A DNA stretch of 64,000 nt from an uncultured archaeon (GTDB taxonomy: Archaea > Thermoplasmatota > Poseidoniia > MGIII > CG-Epi1). The stretch is taken from the NCBI GenBank assembly GCA_964389465.1, contig CAYMDK010000003.1, positions 4,148-68,147 of the forward strand. The letters are read 5' to 3'. Below the pieces are notes generated by a model, which was not told the DNA's origin, ran no database searches, and saw only the letters and a program-made list of their open reading frames with translations. The translations under genes were made by a program, and so were the position numbers. Shown piece after piece: positions 17,147-26,900 of the stretch; the first letter of the stretch is position 1, and every line of letters starts with the position of its first letter.

Positions 17147-17587
17147 ATGAAATTGTCCGGCTGCGCGGCGCAGATGCACGTGCTTGAGGTCCTGCTGGTC
17201 GCGACGCTCTTCACCTCGGCGGTCAACGTCGCGGTTGTCAGTCTGCCAGCCAGCGACGCGACCCGCGTTGGCGATGACAACTTGCGCTATCAGGGGATGC
17301 AGCTGCTGCAGGTACTCGATGAGTGGCAGACCGGCGCTGGCGAATCGACGCTTACAACCTGGCTCGGCGAGGATAACAGCAGCGCGCTGCAGTCGTACCT
17401 GGACGGCGGGCTGCCGGCGGCGGCGAGCTATCGCCTGACGGGGACGCATGGTGGGAGCAGTGAGACGCTGGTCGACCGCGGCGCGCCGCAAGGGACAGTG
17501 AGCATCGCTTTCCGGCTGGTCTGGGTCAGTTCCGAGCTGTGGGAGCTTGAACTGAGCCTCTGGTATGGCCCGCGGGGGGCGGCATGA
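17147..17587 (+). CDS. Pilin-like small protein
   Basis: N-terminal hydrophobic helix HVLEVLLVATLFTSAVNVAVV follows a short polar leader. Starts 2 nt after the platform gene. Confidence 0.45.
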   Translation: MKLSGCAAQMHVLEVLLVATLFTSAVNVAVVSLPASDATRVGDDNLRYQGMQLLQVLDEWQTGAGESTLTTWLGEDNSSALQSYLDGGLPAAASYRLTGTHGGSSETLVDRGAPQGTVSIAFRLVWVSSELWELELSLWYGPRGAA

Positions 17588-17964
17588 ACAACCGCGGCCA
17601 GATGCTGATGGTCGCTGGCCTGCTGATGACGCTGACGCTGCTCACAATCTCGATTTCGGTTTCCCATTCAGCCAATCTGGGCCGTTACCAGGGCGAGCGG
17701 CACGACCCGGCGCCGCTGCTGACTATGCTTGACGCGCACCTGCCGCCGGCGCTTGACGCGGAGCTGGATGGAGGCGCGACTGCCGAGGCGGCGTTCGCTG
17801 AGGCAGCCGGGGAGTTCGAGAACAGTTTCGCGGCGCACGGCTACGCGCTGGTGCTGAAGCTGGATTCAAGCAGTACCGATGGCAGCACGACAACCTTCAG
17901 TTATACCATCCTGCTCAACGACGGCTTGCTGGCTATCGAGTTAGAGCGGACAGCTACGGTCTAG
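17584..17964 (+). CDS. Pilin-like small protein with class III signal peptide
   Basis: MNNRGQMLMVAGLLMTLTLLTISI is an RGQ-type prepilin-peptidase site followed by a hydrophobic helix. Has an ATGA overlap with the upstream gene. Confidence 0.55.
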   Translation: MNNRGQMLMVAGLLMTLTLLTISISVSHSANLGRYQGERHDPAPLLTMLDAHLPPALDAELDGGATAEAAFAEAAGEFENSFAAHGYALVLKLDSSSTDGSTTTFSYTILLNDGLLAIELERTATV

Positions 17965-18254
17965 TCGCTGGAGAAAAAGCCGCGAATAACACCGCCCAGT
18001 GAGAGCAGTGCAGCCAAGAAGATGCCGGCAGTAATCAGCAGGTAGCCCAGCATGAGCTGCCCCTGCTGCATGTCCATGTCGGCCGCCACCAGCCCACCGC
18101 CCATCGCCTGCAGGCTGGTGAATCCGAAGTAGAAGCCAACCAGCACCAGCAGGCCCGAGATTGCAGAAAGTAAGACGCCTACATTGAGACCGTCGCTCTC
18201 GTCCGTGGGCGCCGGGGCGGTAAATTCAGGGTATTCTCCATCCTCTTCGGACAT
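17961..18254 (-). CDS. Small membrane protein (3 TM), acidic N-terminus
   Basis: 97-aa ORF with an ATG start. A TATA-like element lies 23-29 nt upstream. Its stop overlaps the convergent pilin-like gene stop (CTAG). Confidence 0.5.
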   Translation of the reverse strand: MSEEDGEYPEFTAPAPTDESDGLNVGVLLSAISGLLVLVGFYFGFTSLQAMGGGLVAADMDMQQGQLMLGYLLITAGIFLAALLSLGGVIRGFFSSD

Positions 18255-18276
18255 GCCCCCGAGGGGCTCTGGCCAG

Positions 18277-18283
18277 TTATAAA
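18277..18283 (-). promoter_or_regulatory. TATA box candidate (leaderless) for the 17961..18254 gene
   Basis: The minus strand reads tttataa, 23-29 nt upstream of ATG 18254. It abuts the pyrG stop. Confidence 0.45.
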
Positions 18284-18284
18284 C

Positions 18285-19880
18285 TTATGCTGCGTGCTCG
18301 AGCGCCGCACGTACCAGCCCCAGATGCAGTGGCGAAGGCGCGTCGGGACGCGACTTGAACTCGGGGTGGAATTGCGATGCGATGAAGTAGGGATGGCCCT
18401 GTAATTCCAGTACCTCCATGCGGCGGCCCGAGGTGTCGCGGCCGGTGAACCGCATACCTGCCGCCTCGATGCGCTCGATGTAGTCGGGATTGACCTCGAA
18501 GCGGTGGCGGTGCCGTTCCTGGATTGAGTCGCTGCCATAAAGCCCGCTCGCGACACCCTCGTCAAGCGCCACGTCGTGGTCGCCCAGCCGCATCGTGGCG
18601 CCCATTTCGGTCACCTCGCGCTGCTCGGGCAGCAGGTCCACCACCGGGTGTGGCGAATCCGGGTCGAGTTCGCTGGAATTTGCTCCTTCCAGCCCGAGCG
18701 CGTTGCGCGCAAATTCAACGACGGCGAGCTGGAAGCCGAAGCAGACGCCGAGATAGGGCACGCGATTTTCGCGTGCCCATTCCGCCGCCATGATTTTGCC
18801 TTCGGCACCGCGGTTGCCGAAGCCGCCCGGCACGACGACGCCATTGACGCCCTCCAGCGCCGTGGCGTTCCCCGCCTCTTCGAGGTCCGGCGCCTCGAGC
18901 CAGCGGATGCGGACGCGGCAATCCTCCAGCGCGCCAGCGTAGCGCAGTGTCTCCTCGTGCGAAATGTATGAATCCTTCAGGTCGGTATACTTGCCAATCA
19001 GCGCGATTTCCACTTCGTGCGTGCCATTGCTGACGCGCTCGGCAAAGTCCTGCCACTGCGTCATGTCGGGCTCGCGCCGCTTCAGTCCCAGCCGTTCCTC
19101 GATGAGTTGCGGGAATTGCTGCTCGACAAAGTGCATCGGGACATGGTAGATGGATTCAGCGTCGGGCGCCGAAATTACGTTCTCGGGCGGAATGTCGGCG
19201 AAAAAGGCAATCTTGGCCGCGATATCTGGCTCGAGCGGGTCGGTCGAGCGGCCGACGATTACGTCGGGCCGGATGCCGAGCCCCTGCAGCTCCTTAACCG
19301 AGTGTTGCGTCGGTTTGGTTTTCTGCTCGCCAACCGCGCCAATCACCGGCACCAGCGTGGTGTGGATAAACATCACGTCCTCGTGCCCCTGCTCGCGGTG
19401 CAGCTGCCGCACCGCCTCCATGAAAGGCATGGACTCAATGTCGCCTACTGTGCCTCCTAACTCAACGAGGCAAATCTCCGCCGAGGCGCTCTCGGCCGCG
19501 CCGCGTATCGAGTCGACAATTTCACGCACGACGTGTGGGATAATCTGGACCGTCTGCCCCAGATAGTCGCCGCGGCGTTCCTTATCTATTACGGAACGGA
19601 ATACCTTCCCGGTGGTGATATTGTGCGCCGCGGTGAGGTTGCAGTTGAGGAACCGTTCATAATTCCCGAGGTCAAGGTCAACCTCGGAGCCATCGGTCAT
19701 GACGAAGACTTCGCCATGTTCGTAAGGGTTCATGGTCCCCGCGTCGCAGTTCAGGTAGGGGTCCATCTTGACCGCGGTAACGCGGTATCCGGCCCGCTGC
19801 AGCAGCACGCCAATCGAGGAGGAGGTTACGCCCTTTCCAAGCCCGGAAAGGACACCGCCAGTCACAATGATGTACTTCAT
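18285..19880 (-). CDS. pyrG: CTP synthase
   Basis: MKYIIVTGGVLSGLGKG..., full synthetase domain, and a GATase domain with GVCFGFQ and HRHRFEVN. Confidence 0.97.
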   Translation of the reverse strand: MKYIIVTGGVLSGLGKGVTSSSIGVLLQRAGYRVTAVKMDPYLNCDAGTMNPYEHGEVFVMTDGSEVDLDLGNYERFLNCNLTAAHNITTGKVFRSVIDKERRGDYLGQTVQIIPHVVREIVDSIRGAAESASAEICLVELGGTVGDIESMPFMEAVRQLHREQGHEDVMFIHTTLVPVIGAVGEQKTKPTQHSVKELQGLGIRPDVIVGRSTDPLEPDIAAKIAFFADIPPENVISAPDAESIYHVPMHFVEQQFPQLIEERLGLKRREPDMTQWQDFAERVSNGTHEVEIALIGKYTDLKDSYISHEETLRYAGALEDCRVRIRWLEAPDLEEAGNATALEGVNGVVVPGGFGNRGAEGKIMAAEWARENRVPYLGVCFGFQLAVVEFARNALGLEGANSSELDPDSPHPVVDLLPEQREVTEMGATMRLGDHDVALDEGVASGLYGSDSIQERHRHRFEVNPDYIERIEAAGMRFTGRDTSGRRMEVLELQGHPYFIASQFHPEFKSRPDAPSPLHLGLVRAALEHAA

Positions 19881-19957
19881 GACTCAACGGGCCACGCGAT
19901 TGGCGCCCCCGGTTTAAGGCCGACGGCGCAGTTTTACCCCTCCACCGCTGCGGGCGT

Positions 19958-20851
19958 GTGGAACTGCACCGCCACTCGGAGCACCTTGCCTGGTTCGACC
20001 TGCAGCCGGATGGCATTCCCGACTTCATCACTATTTATATATGGCTCGACGAGAAAAATGCCGTAATCGAAACCGGCCCCGCCTGCGCGCTGGAGCACCT
20101 TATGGAGGGTATCGCAGCGGCCGGCCTCGCGCCGGAAGAGATTGACTGGGTGCTGCCGACGCATATCCACCTCGACCACTTCGGCGCCGGTGGCCACCTG
20201 CTGCACGAGCTGCCGAACGCGCGCACGCTAGTTCACCCGAAAGCGTTGAAGCACGTGCTCGACCCGCGGCGGCTCTGGGAAAGTAGCTGCACCTTTATGG
20301 GGAAAATTGCTGAACTGTACGGCGAGCCGCTTCCCGTTCCGCGGGACCGCGTCGCCGCCGTCGAGGACGGCGGCGTTGTCGACCTCGGCGCGACACGATT
20401 GCGTGCGCTGCACACGCCAGGCCATGCGCCGCACCACGTCGCGTGGGTCGCCGACCACGAAGTCTTCGTTGGCGACGCGCTCGGCCTCTGGTATCCAGAG
20501 CTGGACCGCGCATTTCCGGTCACGCCGCCGCGCTACGACCATGTGCTTGCCCTGAAGTCGCTTGACGCGCTGGCGGCGCTTGACGCGGAGTGGTTGCACT
20601 ACACCCACTTCGGCCCGCGCCCAGCCGGGAACGGCGCCGCCATTGTGCAAGTGCGCGAGGAGTTCGAGGCGTGGCTGGCGCTAGTCGCCGACGGTGTCGC
20701 TGTCGGCGAGGACGCGGCCGCGACGACGGCGCGGCTGCTGGCGGAGCGACCCCGGCTGGCGCAGACTGAGCCGGGAATGGGGCCGCATCAGGCCGGCATG
20801 CACCTCGGGTCGGTGCGCGGCATGCGCGGGTGGCTCGATGCGCAGTCATGA
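19958..20851 (+). CDS. MBL-fold metallo-hydrolase
   Basis: PTHIHLDHFG (HxHxDH), plus downstream HTPGHAPHH and YTHFG. GTG start. Confidence 0.75.
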   Translation: MELHRHSEHLAWFDLQPDGIPDFITIYIWLDEKNAVIETGPACALEHLMEGIAAAGLAPEEIDWVLPTHIHLDHFGAGGHLLHELPNARTLVHPKALKHVLDPRRLWESSCTFMGKIAELYGEPLPVPRDRVAAVEDGGVVDLGATRLRALHTPGHAPHHVAWVADHEVFVGDALGLWYPELDRAFPVTPPRYDHVLALKSLDALAALDAEWLHYTHFGPRPAGNGAAIVQVREEFEAWLALVADGVAVGEDAAATTARLLAERPRLAQTEPGMGPHQAGMHLGSVRGMRGWLDAQS

Positions 20852-21401
20852 AATCGAGGTAATTCCGGAGCCGTTCCCCTACGCAATCGTCCGTGACTTC
20901 CTCGACTTGCCCGCCGTCGCCGATGAACTGGAGTGGCTCGCCGGACAAAACTTCGAGCCGGGCGAAGCCGACCTGTTCAGCTACTCCTCGACGCACGAGC
21001 TGGGCGCAGCCCCGCAGCTGGCGGGGCTGCGCGGTGCGCTGGGTGACCCTGCCTGGCATTCCCGGGTTGCGCAGGCGTTCGACACGCCCTCGCTGCGCAG
21101 CCTCGACCTCGCCGCCTACGTCTACGCGCAGGGCGATTTCCTGCTGCCGCACGACGACCGTGTCGAGGGGCGGCAAGTCGCCTGGTCGCTGCACCTGACG
21201 CGAGGGCTGCGCGAGCAGGACGGTGGGGCACTCGAGCTGTTCGACGCGGCCGGCGAACTCGCCGGCCGCGTCGTGAAGCGCATCGTCCCCGAGTTCAACT
21301 CGCTGGTGCTGTTCCGCGTTTCGCCACGGTCGTGGCACCAGGTCGCCGAGGTAGTCGGCGACGTGCAGCGGCTGACAGTGACGGGGTGGTACCATGGCTG
21401 A
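20838..21401 (+). CDS. 2OG-Fe(II) oxygenase (prolyl-4-hydroxylase/Tpa1-like fold)
   Basis: GDFLLPHDD (HxD) and a distal His in PRSWHQV, ending TGWYH. The internal ATG of ORF 20694..21401 overlaps the MBL gene by 14 nt. Confidence 0.7.
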   Translation: MRSHEIEVIPEPFPYAIVRDFLDLPAVADELEWLAGQNFEPGEADLFSYSSTHELGAAPQLAGLRGALGDPAWHSRVAQAFDTPSLRSLDLAAYVYAQGDFLLPHDDRVEGRQVAWSLHLTRGLREQDGGALELFDAAGELAGRVVKRIVPEFNSLVLFRVSPRSWHQVAEVVGDVQRLTVTGWYHG

Positions 21402-21954
21402 ATCCACCATCGCGCCTGCGTGGCGCGACCCCGGCGCGCTGGCGGCCGTCAGCGAGCAGATGGCGCGCGAACGCGTCGTGCAGCTCTCCGGTTTCCTCAC
21501 GGGTTCGTCGCCGCCGCTGCCGCCCGCCGGGCAGCTCGAGTGCGAGGAGCGCCCCGGATTCGCAGTCCGCGCGACCGGGCCGCCGCTATTCGCCGATTTC
21601 TGGCGCTCGCCCGCGCTGGCAAGGTGGCTGGCCCACACGACCGGTGCGCGCTGGGAGTTGCGCGACTGCCGCCACGAGCGCTACGGCGCGGGCGACTATT
21701 CGCTGCTGCACGACGCAGAGGAAGAGGGCGAGCGGCTGCTGCTCGCCCTTGACCTGACGCGGCGACCACAGGCGCTACTCGGTGGCTTCCACATCTTTAG
21801 CTTCGCCGACGGGGTGCAGGCGACCTGCGAGCGCGAGACCGGTGCGCTGCTGCTGGCACGGCTCGGCGCCGGCGACCTGGATTGCTTACGCTACGTCAGC
21901 CGGCTCTCGCAGGGAGTGGTACGACTGGAGTGCGCGCGCTTCGAGCTAAGCTGA
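21394..21954 (+). CDS. Paralogue of the preceding 2OG-oxygenase with a degenerate metal triad
   Basis: Aligns as GDYSLLHDAEEEG versus GDFLLPHDDRVEG, so the Asp of HxD is replaced by Ala. No His at the distal-His position. Overlaps the upstream gene by 8 nt. Confidence 0.45.
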   Translation: MAESTIAPAWRDPGALAAVSEQMARERVVQLSGFLTGSSPPLPPAGQLECEERPGFAVRATGPPLFADFWRSPALARWLAHTTGARWELRDCRHERYGAGDYSLLHDAEEEGERLLLALDLTRRPQALLGGFHIFSFADGVQATCERETGALLLARLGAGDLDCLRYVSRLSQGVVRLECARFELS

Positions 21955-22019
21955 AGTTGTAAAAATGGGGTCTGCCGGGCGACACTACTAGCACAGCTAG
22001 CGCCGCTCACGGCAGGGGT

Positions 22020-22040
22020 GGGGCGGCTGTGGGCCGCCCC
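22020..22040. terminator. GC-rich hairpin between convergent genes
   Basis: ggggcggc tgtgg gccgcccc followed by tgttt. Lies between the 21954 (+) and 22067 (-) gene ends. Confidence 0.35.
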
Positions 22041-22066
22041 TGTTTGGCTGTTCAGCCCCGTCAGGT

Positions 22067-22567
22067 CTATGACAGCGGGGTGTCGTAGCCGATGGTGTCG
22101 CCGGTGGGCTCGAACTTGAGACGGAACTTGTAGTCGTCTACCGAGTTCGTGTTCTCGAGGTCTGAGCCGGATTCACCGGGATGGACCTCGAACTTGTCGC
22201 CCGGGCTCAGCTTGCCATCGAAGTCGTTGTCGACGAAGATGACACCCTTGCCCTCACCGGCATAATAGCCGTAGACTTCCGATACCAGGCCATCACTGAC
22301 AGTGTTGCCCTGGATGTCCAGCAGGTACCAGTGGACCGAGTTCACCGAGACTTGCGGGTTAATCTTGATCAGTTCAACGATCCAGACGTCCCCTGAGGTC
22401 TTGGTTGCCATGGTGCTGCCGGTCGGCGCGTTCTTCGTGGTGCCACCCAGGAAGCTGGAGGCCCACACATATAGCACAGCGGCTAGCACGACCGTAATTG
22501 CGACCATCAGGATGACCGCAATCACAGGTGAAACCGCCTGCTCATCGTTCACAATTCTGCGTTTCAT
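22067..22567 (-). CDS. Archaeal type IV pilin (DUF1628-type N-terminus), candidate major pilin
   Basis: MKRRIVNDEQAVSPVIAVILMVAITVVLAAVLYVWA is a textbook class III signal peptide. ORF 22067..22612 trimmed to ATG 22565-22567. Confidence 0.75.
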   Translation of the reverse strand: MKRRIVNDEQAVSPVIAVILMVAITVVLAAVLYVWASSFLGGTTKNAPTGSTMATKTSGDVWIVELIKINPQVSVNSVHWYLLDIQGNTVSDGLVSEVYGYYAGEGKGVIFVDNDFDGKLSPGDKFEVHPGESGSDLENTNSVDDYKFRLKFEPTGDTIGYDTPLS

Positions 22568-22653
22568 GGTTATGTCCTCTGCCCGTAGGCAGGTATCAGG
22601 GAGGACAGTCACCCGATATATACGTTGCGCTCACGCCCCCGACGATAGCCGTC

Positions 22654-23157
22654 TCAGCCCCGCCGTAGCACGAATACCGCAGCCAGTACCAGGATTCCGG
22701 TCAGCGCGACGCCGCCCCACGCCAGTTGCAGCGCCCATGCGGGCGTCGCCTCCTTGTCCTCGGCATGGATTGGCGGCGGCCGCACGACCGTTTCGTAGCT
22801 GGCCCAGATCGAGTCATCCTCGCCGGCGAAAGTGATGCTGAATTCCGCTTCGCCTTCACCCAGTTCGTGCGCGTCGGCGGGCGCCTGCCAGAAGAAGCTC
22901 CAGCCGTTGTCCGCAGCGCCGAATTGCAACTCGTGCGCCTCACCCTCGCCGAATTCATCCACGGCCGATAGCGAGCCGTTTGTGGTCGTGATTACGCTCC
23001 CCGTCACCGCGTCAGGGTCGCTCACTGTCAGCGTGACCTCGTACACCGCGCCGAGGGCGTAGTCGAGCGGCAGTCCGTCGACGCGATAGGTCGCCTCGCC
23101 GTTAGCCGCCGTAGCGATAAGCAACAGCACCAGCGTGCCGTATAGAATTCGCATCAT
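22654..23157 (-). CDS. Secreted, C-terminally anchored protein; Cys-free paralogue of the CxxCH domain
   Basis: Signal peptide MMRILYGTLVLLLIATAANG and C-terminal TM WGGVALTGILVLAAVFVL. The core aligns with 5330..6025 (GLPLDYALGAVYEVTLTVSD versus GFPARYEPGMTYNLSLAIAD; WSFFWQAP versus WTVAWTAP). Confidence 0.55.
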   Translation of the reverse strand: MMRILYGTLVLLLIATAANGEATYRVDGLPLDYALGAVYEVTLTVSDPDAVTGSVITTTNGSLSAVDEFGEGEAHELQFGAADNGWSFFWQAPADAHELGEGEAEFSITFAGEDDSIWASYETVVRPPPIHAEDKEATPAWALQLAWGGVALTGILVLAAVFVLRRG

Positions 23158-23175
23158 CCGTCGATTTAGTTCCCC

Positions 23176-23182
23176 TATTTAA
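23176..23182 (-). promoter_or_regulatory. TATA box candidate (leaderless) for 22654..23157
   Basis: The minus strand reads ttaaata, 19-25 nt upstream of ATG 23157. Confidence 0.4.
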
Positions 23183-23185
23183 TGT

Positions 23186-23845
23186 TCAGCGGGCGAGCCC
23201 GCGCTGTTCGAGCCCTGTCAACAGCAGCCGCACCTCGGCTTCGCGCAGTCCCAGTGCAGCAGCGGCGCCCTCGATGGTGTAGCTCGGGTTCTGCAGCATG
23301 TGGTGCAGCAGTCGCCGCTCGTCATAGCTGCAGTCCGCCTTACGGCTGCAGCGCCCCACCTCGCGGTTCAGCTCGCTGATTAGCGCCAGCAGTTGCTGTC
23401 GCTCCTGTTCGTGGTCCTGTAGTGAGTGCCGCAAGTCCTCGCCGACGCGCGCCAGCAGGTCCATGCGGGCGCTCGGCTCCATGCCACGTGCCTCGGCGAT
23501 GGCATTGCGTATGCGCAGTTGCTCGGCTCCCAGCTCGGCGTCCTCGACCATCGGCGCCGCCTGCTCGCGGAAAGTCGTGGGGCCGACGTCGATATGCAGC
23601 GAGACCGAGCGCGAAGCGCGGTAGACGCGCCGGTTGGGACCGCGGTCGCTCGGTTCGTCGCGCGAGGCGACCATGCCGTGCTCCTCGAGGATGCGCAGGT
23701 GCTTGACCACTGCCTGCTGGCTGACGTCGATTTCGCGCGACAGCTGCAACGGGTAGAGTCGCTCGCGGGAGAGCAGCTGCAGGATGCGCCGCCGCGTCGG
23801 GTTTTCGAGCAGGTAGAACAGGTCGTCTATTTCCTCCAGCGACAT
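23186..23845 (-). CDS. ArsR-family winged-helix transcriptional regulator with long C-terminal extension
   Basis: LLENPTRRRILQLLSRERLYPLQLSREIDVSQQAVVKHLRILEEHGMV. Confidence 0.75.
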   Translation of the reverse strand: MSLEEIDDLFYLLENPTRRRILQLLSRERLYPLQLSREIDVSQQAVVKHLRILEEHGMVASRDEPSDRGPNRRVYRASRSVSLHIDVGPTTFREQAAPMVEDAELGAEQLRIRNAIAEARGMEPSARMDLLARVGEDLRHSLQDHEQERQQLLALISELNREVGRCSRKADCSYDERRLLHHMLQNPSYTIEGAAAALGLREAEVRLLLTGLEQRGLAR

Positions 23846-23903
23846 ATCAACCTCCGGTTGTCTACCGTATGTTGTAATGCGCTTTATAAGATTGTGTCAG
23901 CGC

Positions 23904-26900
23904 TCAGGAAGGGGGCGGACCGACCTGCCCGCAGCCGGGGCAGTGCAGTGTCTCCCCGTCGGGGGCAAAGATGGTGCCGCAGCCGTTGCACGCCAGTTCT
24001 TCCCCGGCGGCGGTGAAGGGCGACGCGACCTCCGTCAGCGCCGGGCCGGCGGCCACGGGCGGCGGCCGGGTGAACCACCAGGCCGCCGCTCCGCCGCCGA
24101 TGATAGCCAGCGCCACGCCCGCCAGTAACAGCACCGGGATTCCGCCCCCGCCTCCCGTCTCGCTCCCGTCAGCCGGCGGCTTGACTGCCGGCGAGAGGTC
24201 AACTGTCGCCTCAACCGCGGGCGATAGCTGTCCCCTGCGGTCGACTGCCACGACGCGGTAAATCCAGAGCTGTTCGGCCGGCGGCTGGTCGACGTATGTC
24301 AGGTACCCCTCGCTGGCGGCCAGTGTCGCGAGCAGGTCGCCGGTGGCGTTGGGCGAATCCTTGCGGATGACGTGATACTCGACCACGTCTTCCGAGGCTG
24401 AATAGAGGAACCGTAGCTGCGCCGTTCCGTCGGGCGCCAGCGTTAGCTGGAAGCTGCGTGGGGCGGAGGGCGGGGTGCGGTCGACCAGCGTTGCGGCGTC
24501 GTAGCCGCTCCACGCAATCGTGATAACTTCACCCTCGCCCGGCAGATAGCCGCTGGCGCCGTTGCCGAACTGGATGGTGGCGGTCGCGGTGTCGTAGAAG
24601 AACTGGCTGCTGAGCACCATCCCCGGCACGTCGCTGCGCACCAGTTCCACCAGGCCAGCACGCACGCTGAGTTGCGGGTCACCCTGCTGGACGATGGCGG
24701 GGAGGGGCAGCGCGAACGCCTGCCCCGGGTTGCCGTCGCCGCTGTAACTGGCGGTGAGCGCGTTGCGGTCGGCGATATTGCCCGCCGCGTCGACCGGCGT
24801 GTAGCGGAAGAAGTAGGCGTAGCCGTCATCGACGTCGAAGTCGTGCGACTGCGTCGAGTTCCAGCTGCCGAGCTCCTGCCACGCCCAGATGGCGGTCAGT
24901 AGCTGCTCTTCGGCGATGCGCGCGTAGCTGAGGTTATAGCTGGTGGAGTCGTCCTCCGACGGCAGAAGCGCTACCGCCAGCTCGCCAGTCAGTGGCGCCA
25001 GCGGAGCGAGGACTCCCGTCGGGGACGCGGTGTCGATGACCACGCTGACTTGCGGTTCCGCGGGAACGTCGCGGTTGCCCGCGTCATCACTCACGATGAC
25101 GCGGAAGGCATGGCTGCCATCGGCAGTCACGTAGTAATCGAAGCGCGTCTCGAGCGAGTCGGCGAGTAGTGTCTCCCACGCGCTGCCGTCTAGGGAATGC
25201 TGCAAGTCGTAGCCCGCAAGGTCGCTGGCGCTGCTCTCCCAGCTCAGCTCGAGGTAGTCGGTGCTGAGCAGCGCGCCGGCCGGGTCGCTGGAAACGGCGA
25301 CCGTCGGCGGAGTCGTGTCGACCAGTGTCTCGGTATCGTTGCGTCCCGCCTTGTCCTCCAGCAGTCCGTCGTCGTCGAGGCCAATGGCCCGGAACTGGAA
25401 GCTGCGGCCATCCTCACCCAGCGAGAAGATTCCGCTCCCGCTGCCGAGCGGGTTGTCCTCGTCCTCGGCCGTGAATACCTGCCACACCTGCCACTCCTCC
25501 CAGCCGCCGCTGCCGTTGTCACGGCGGTATTCGATGGTCACCGTCAGGGTGTCGTTGCCGAGCACTTCGTCGAGGCGATACCATTCGGCGACCTCCCACT
25601 CAACGAGGAACGAGGTCGAGTTGACGAGTGGATCCGTTATAGCCTCCGTAACAGGACGCAGTGTGTCAGGCACAACATAGAGCAGTGCAGTCAGCTCAAT
25701 CCATTTAGTGAGTTGTTCGGTCGAGTTGCGCGAAATTACAGTAACATTGAAACCGCCACGCGCGTCTCCCTCGATAAGGTCGCGCATGGTGACATTAATG
25801 TAACCTATTGCCCCTTCTCCAACAACGCTGTGCATTCCAGCGGTAGTGTAGTTAAGGATCGTAAAGTTGTAGGTGTCGTTCAGTGTGACAGTCATGTCAT
25901 ATGTATCTCCAATGTTTCCCAGATTGGTAATCCAGATTTCAAAAGTGTAGTTAGTATCGTCCGGAATCTGCTTGTTGCTAATGGGAGCCGTGACAGAGAA
26001 ATTATAGGTTGGCAGCACCTCCATTTCCAGTTCCAGTGGTAGTGGAACAAAATCCCAGGCAGCGGATTGGGAGAAAACAGCTACGATTTCCTCATCAAAC
26101 CACTGGGTGTTTCCAGTTTCCCGGACTACTGACGCCAGGACATTTTCGCCCTCCTGTAGGAGTTCGGGTCCAAACAAGGTTTCATCGTTCCAGTAATTCG
26201 CGGTGTGGCCCTGACCCTGCCGCATGTCATTGAACACTATCTGGCCGTTCAGGTAGTAGGTCCCGTAGTTGTTTGCAGCCGTGTTAAGGCTCAAACTCGC
26301 TCCCTCGTAGTCAGAGACATTGGTGATTGTGAAAATATGGCGGAAGTAGGCGTAACTGTTGCCTTGCCAGACGGTGTTGTTGTCTACATTGCCTATGTCG
26401 GTATCTCCGAAGGGTGCCGGGTCAAGGGTCCAGTTGTTATCATAGTCGAAGTCCAGTTCGGTCCAGCTGATGTCGCATTCATAATCTGGGTCGTCGGGTT
26501 CATCGTTGTCCGTGCAATAGTAGAGTCGTGTGTTACTGCTATTGGAATGGGCCCACCACCATTCTGTATCGTTATCCCGGCCACTCAGGACTACAGTCTC
26601 CCTGAATTCACTATAGTACTGAGATTTGGCACTCATGAACACAGAGTAATTCCCAGCCAATGTCTCCCTGTCCGGAATTATTTCAAGGGTAGCGTTTCCG
26701 CTCTCTCCAGGCTGCAGGTGAAGTATGTTGGGCGTAAGCGTCCAATCCCAATTGTAGAAAATACCTGAGGCTGAGAGGGTGAAATTATCTTCTACGTCGC
26801 CTTCGTTGGTGACAGTTAGATTGTACCTGAAAATATCTGTAATATTTCCTACAACATGGCTTGATTCCACAGTAAGATTGTACGCATAGAACCCAATGTG

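Noticed and set aside
11323-17964. Archaellum (archaeal flagellum) operon.
   Set aside because: ArlH/FlaH, ArlF/G, ArlC/D/E and archaellin genes are lacking. The small genes have pilin-like rather than archaellin-like bodies. It is better described as a type IV pilus-like system.
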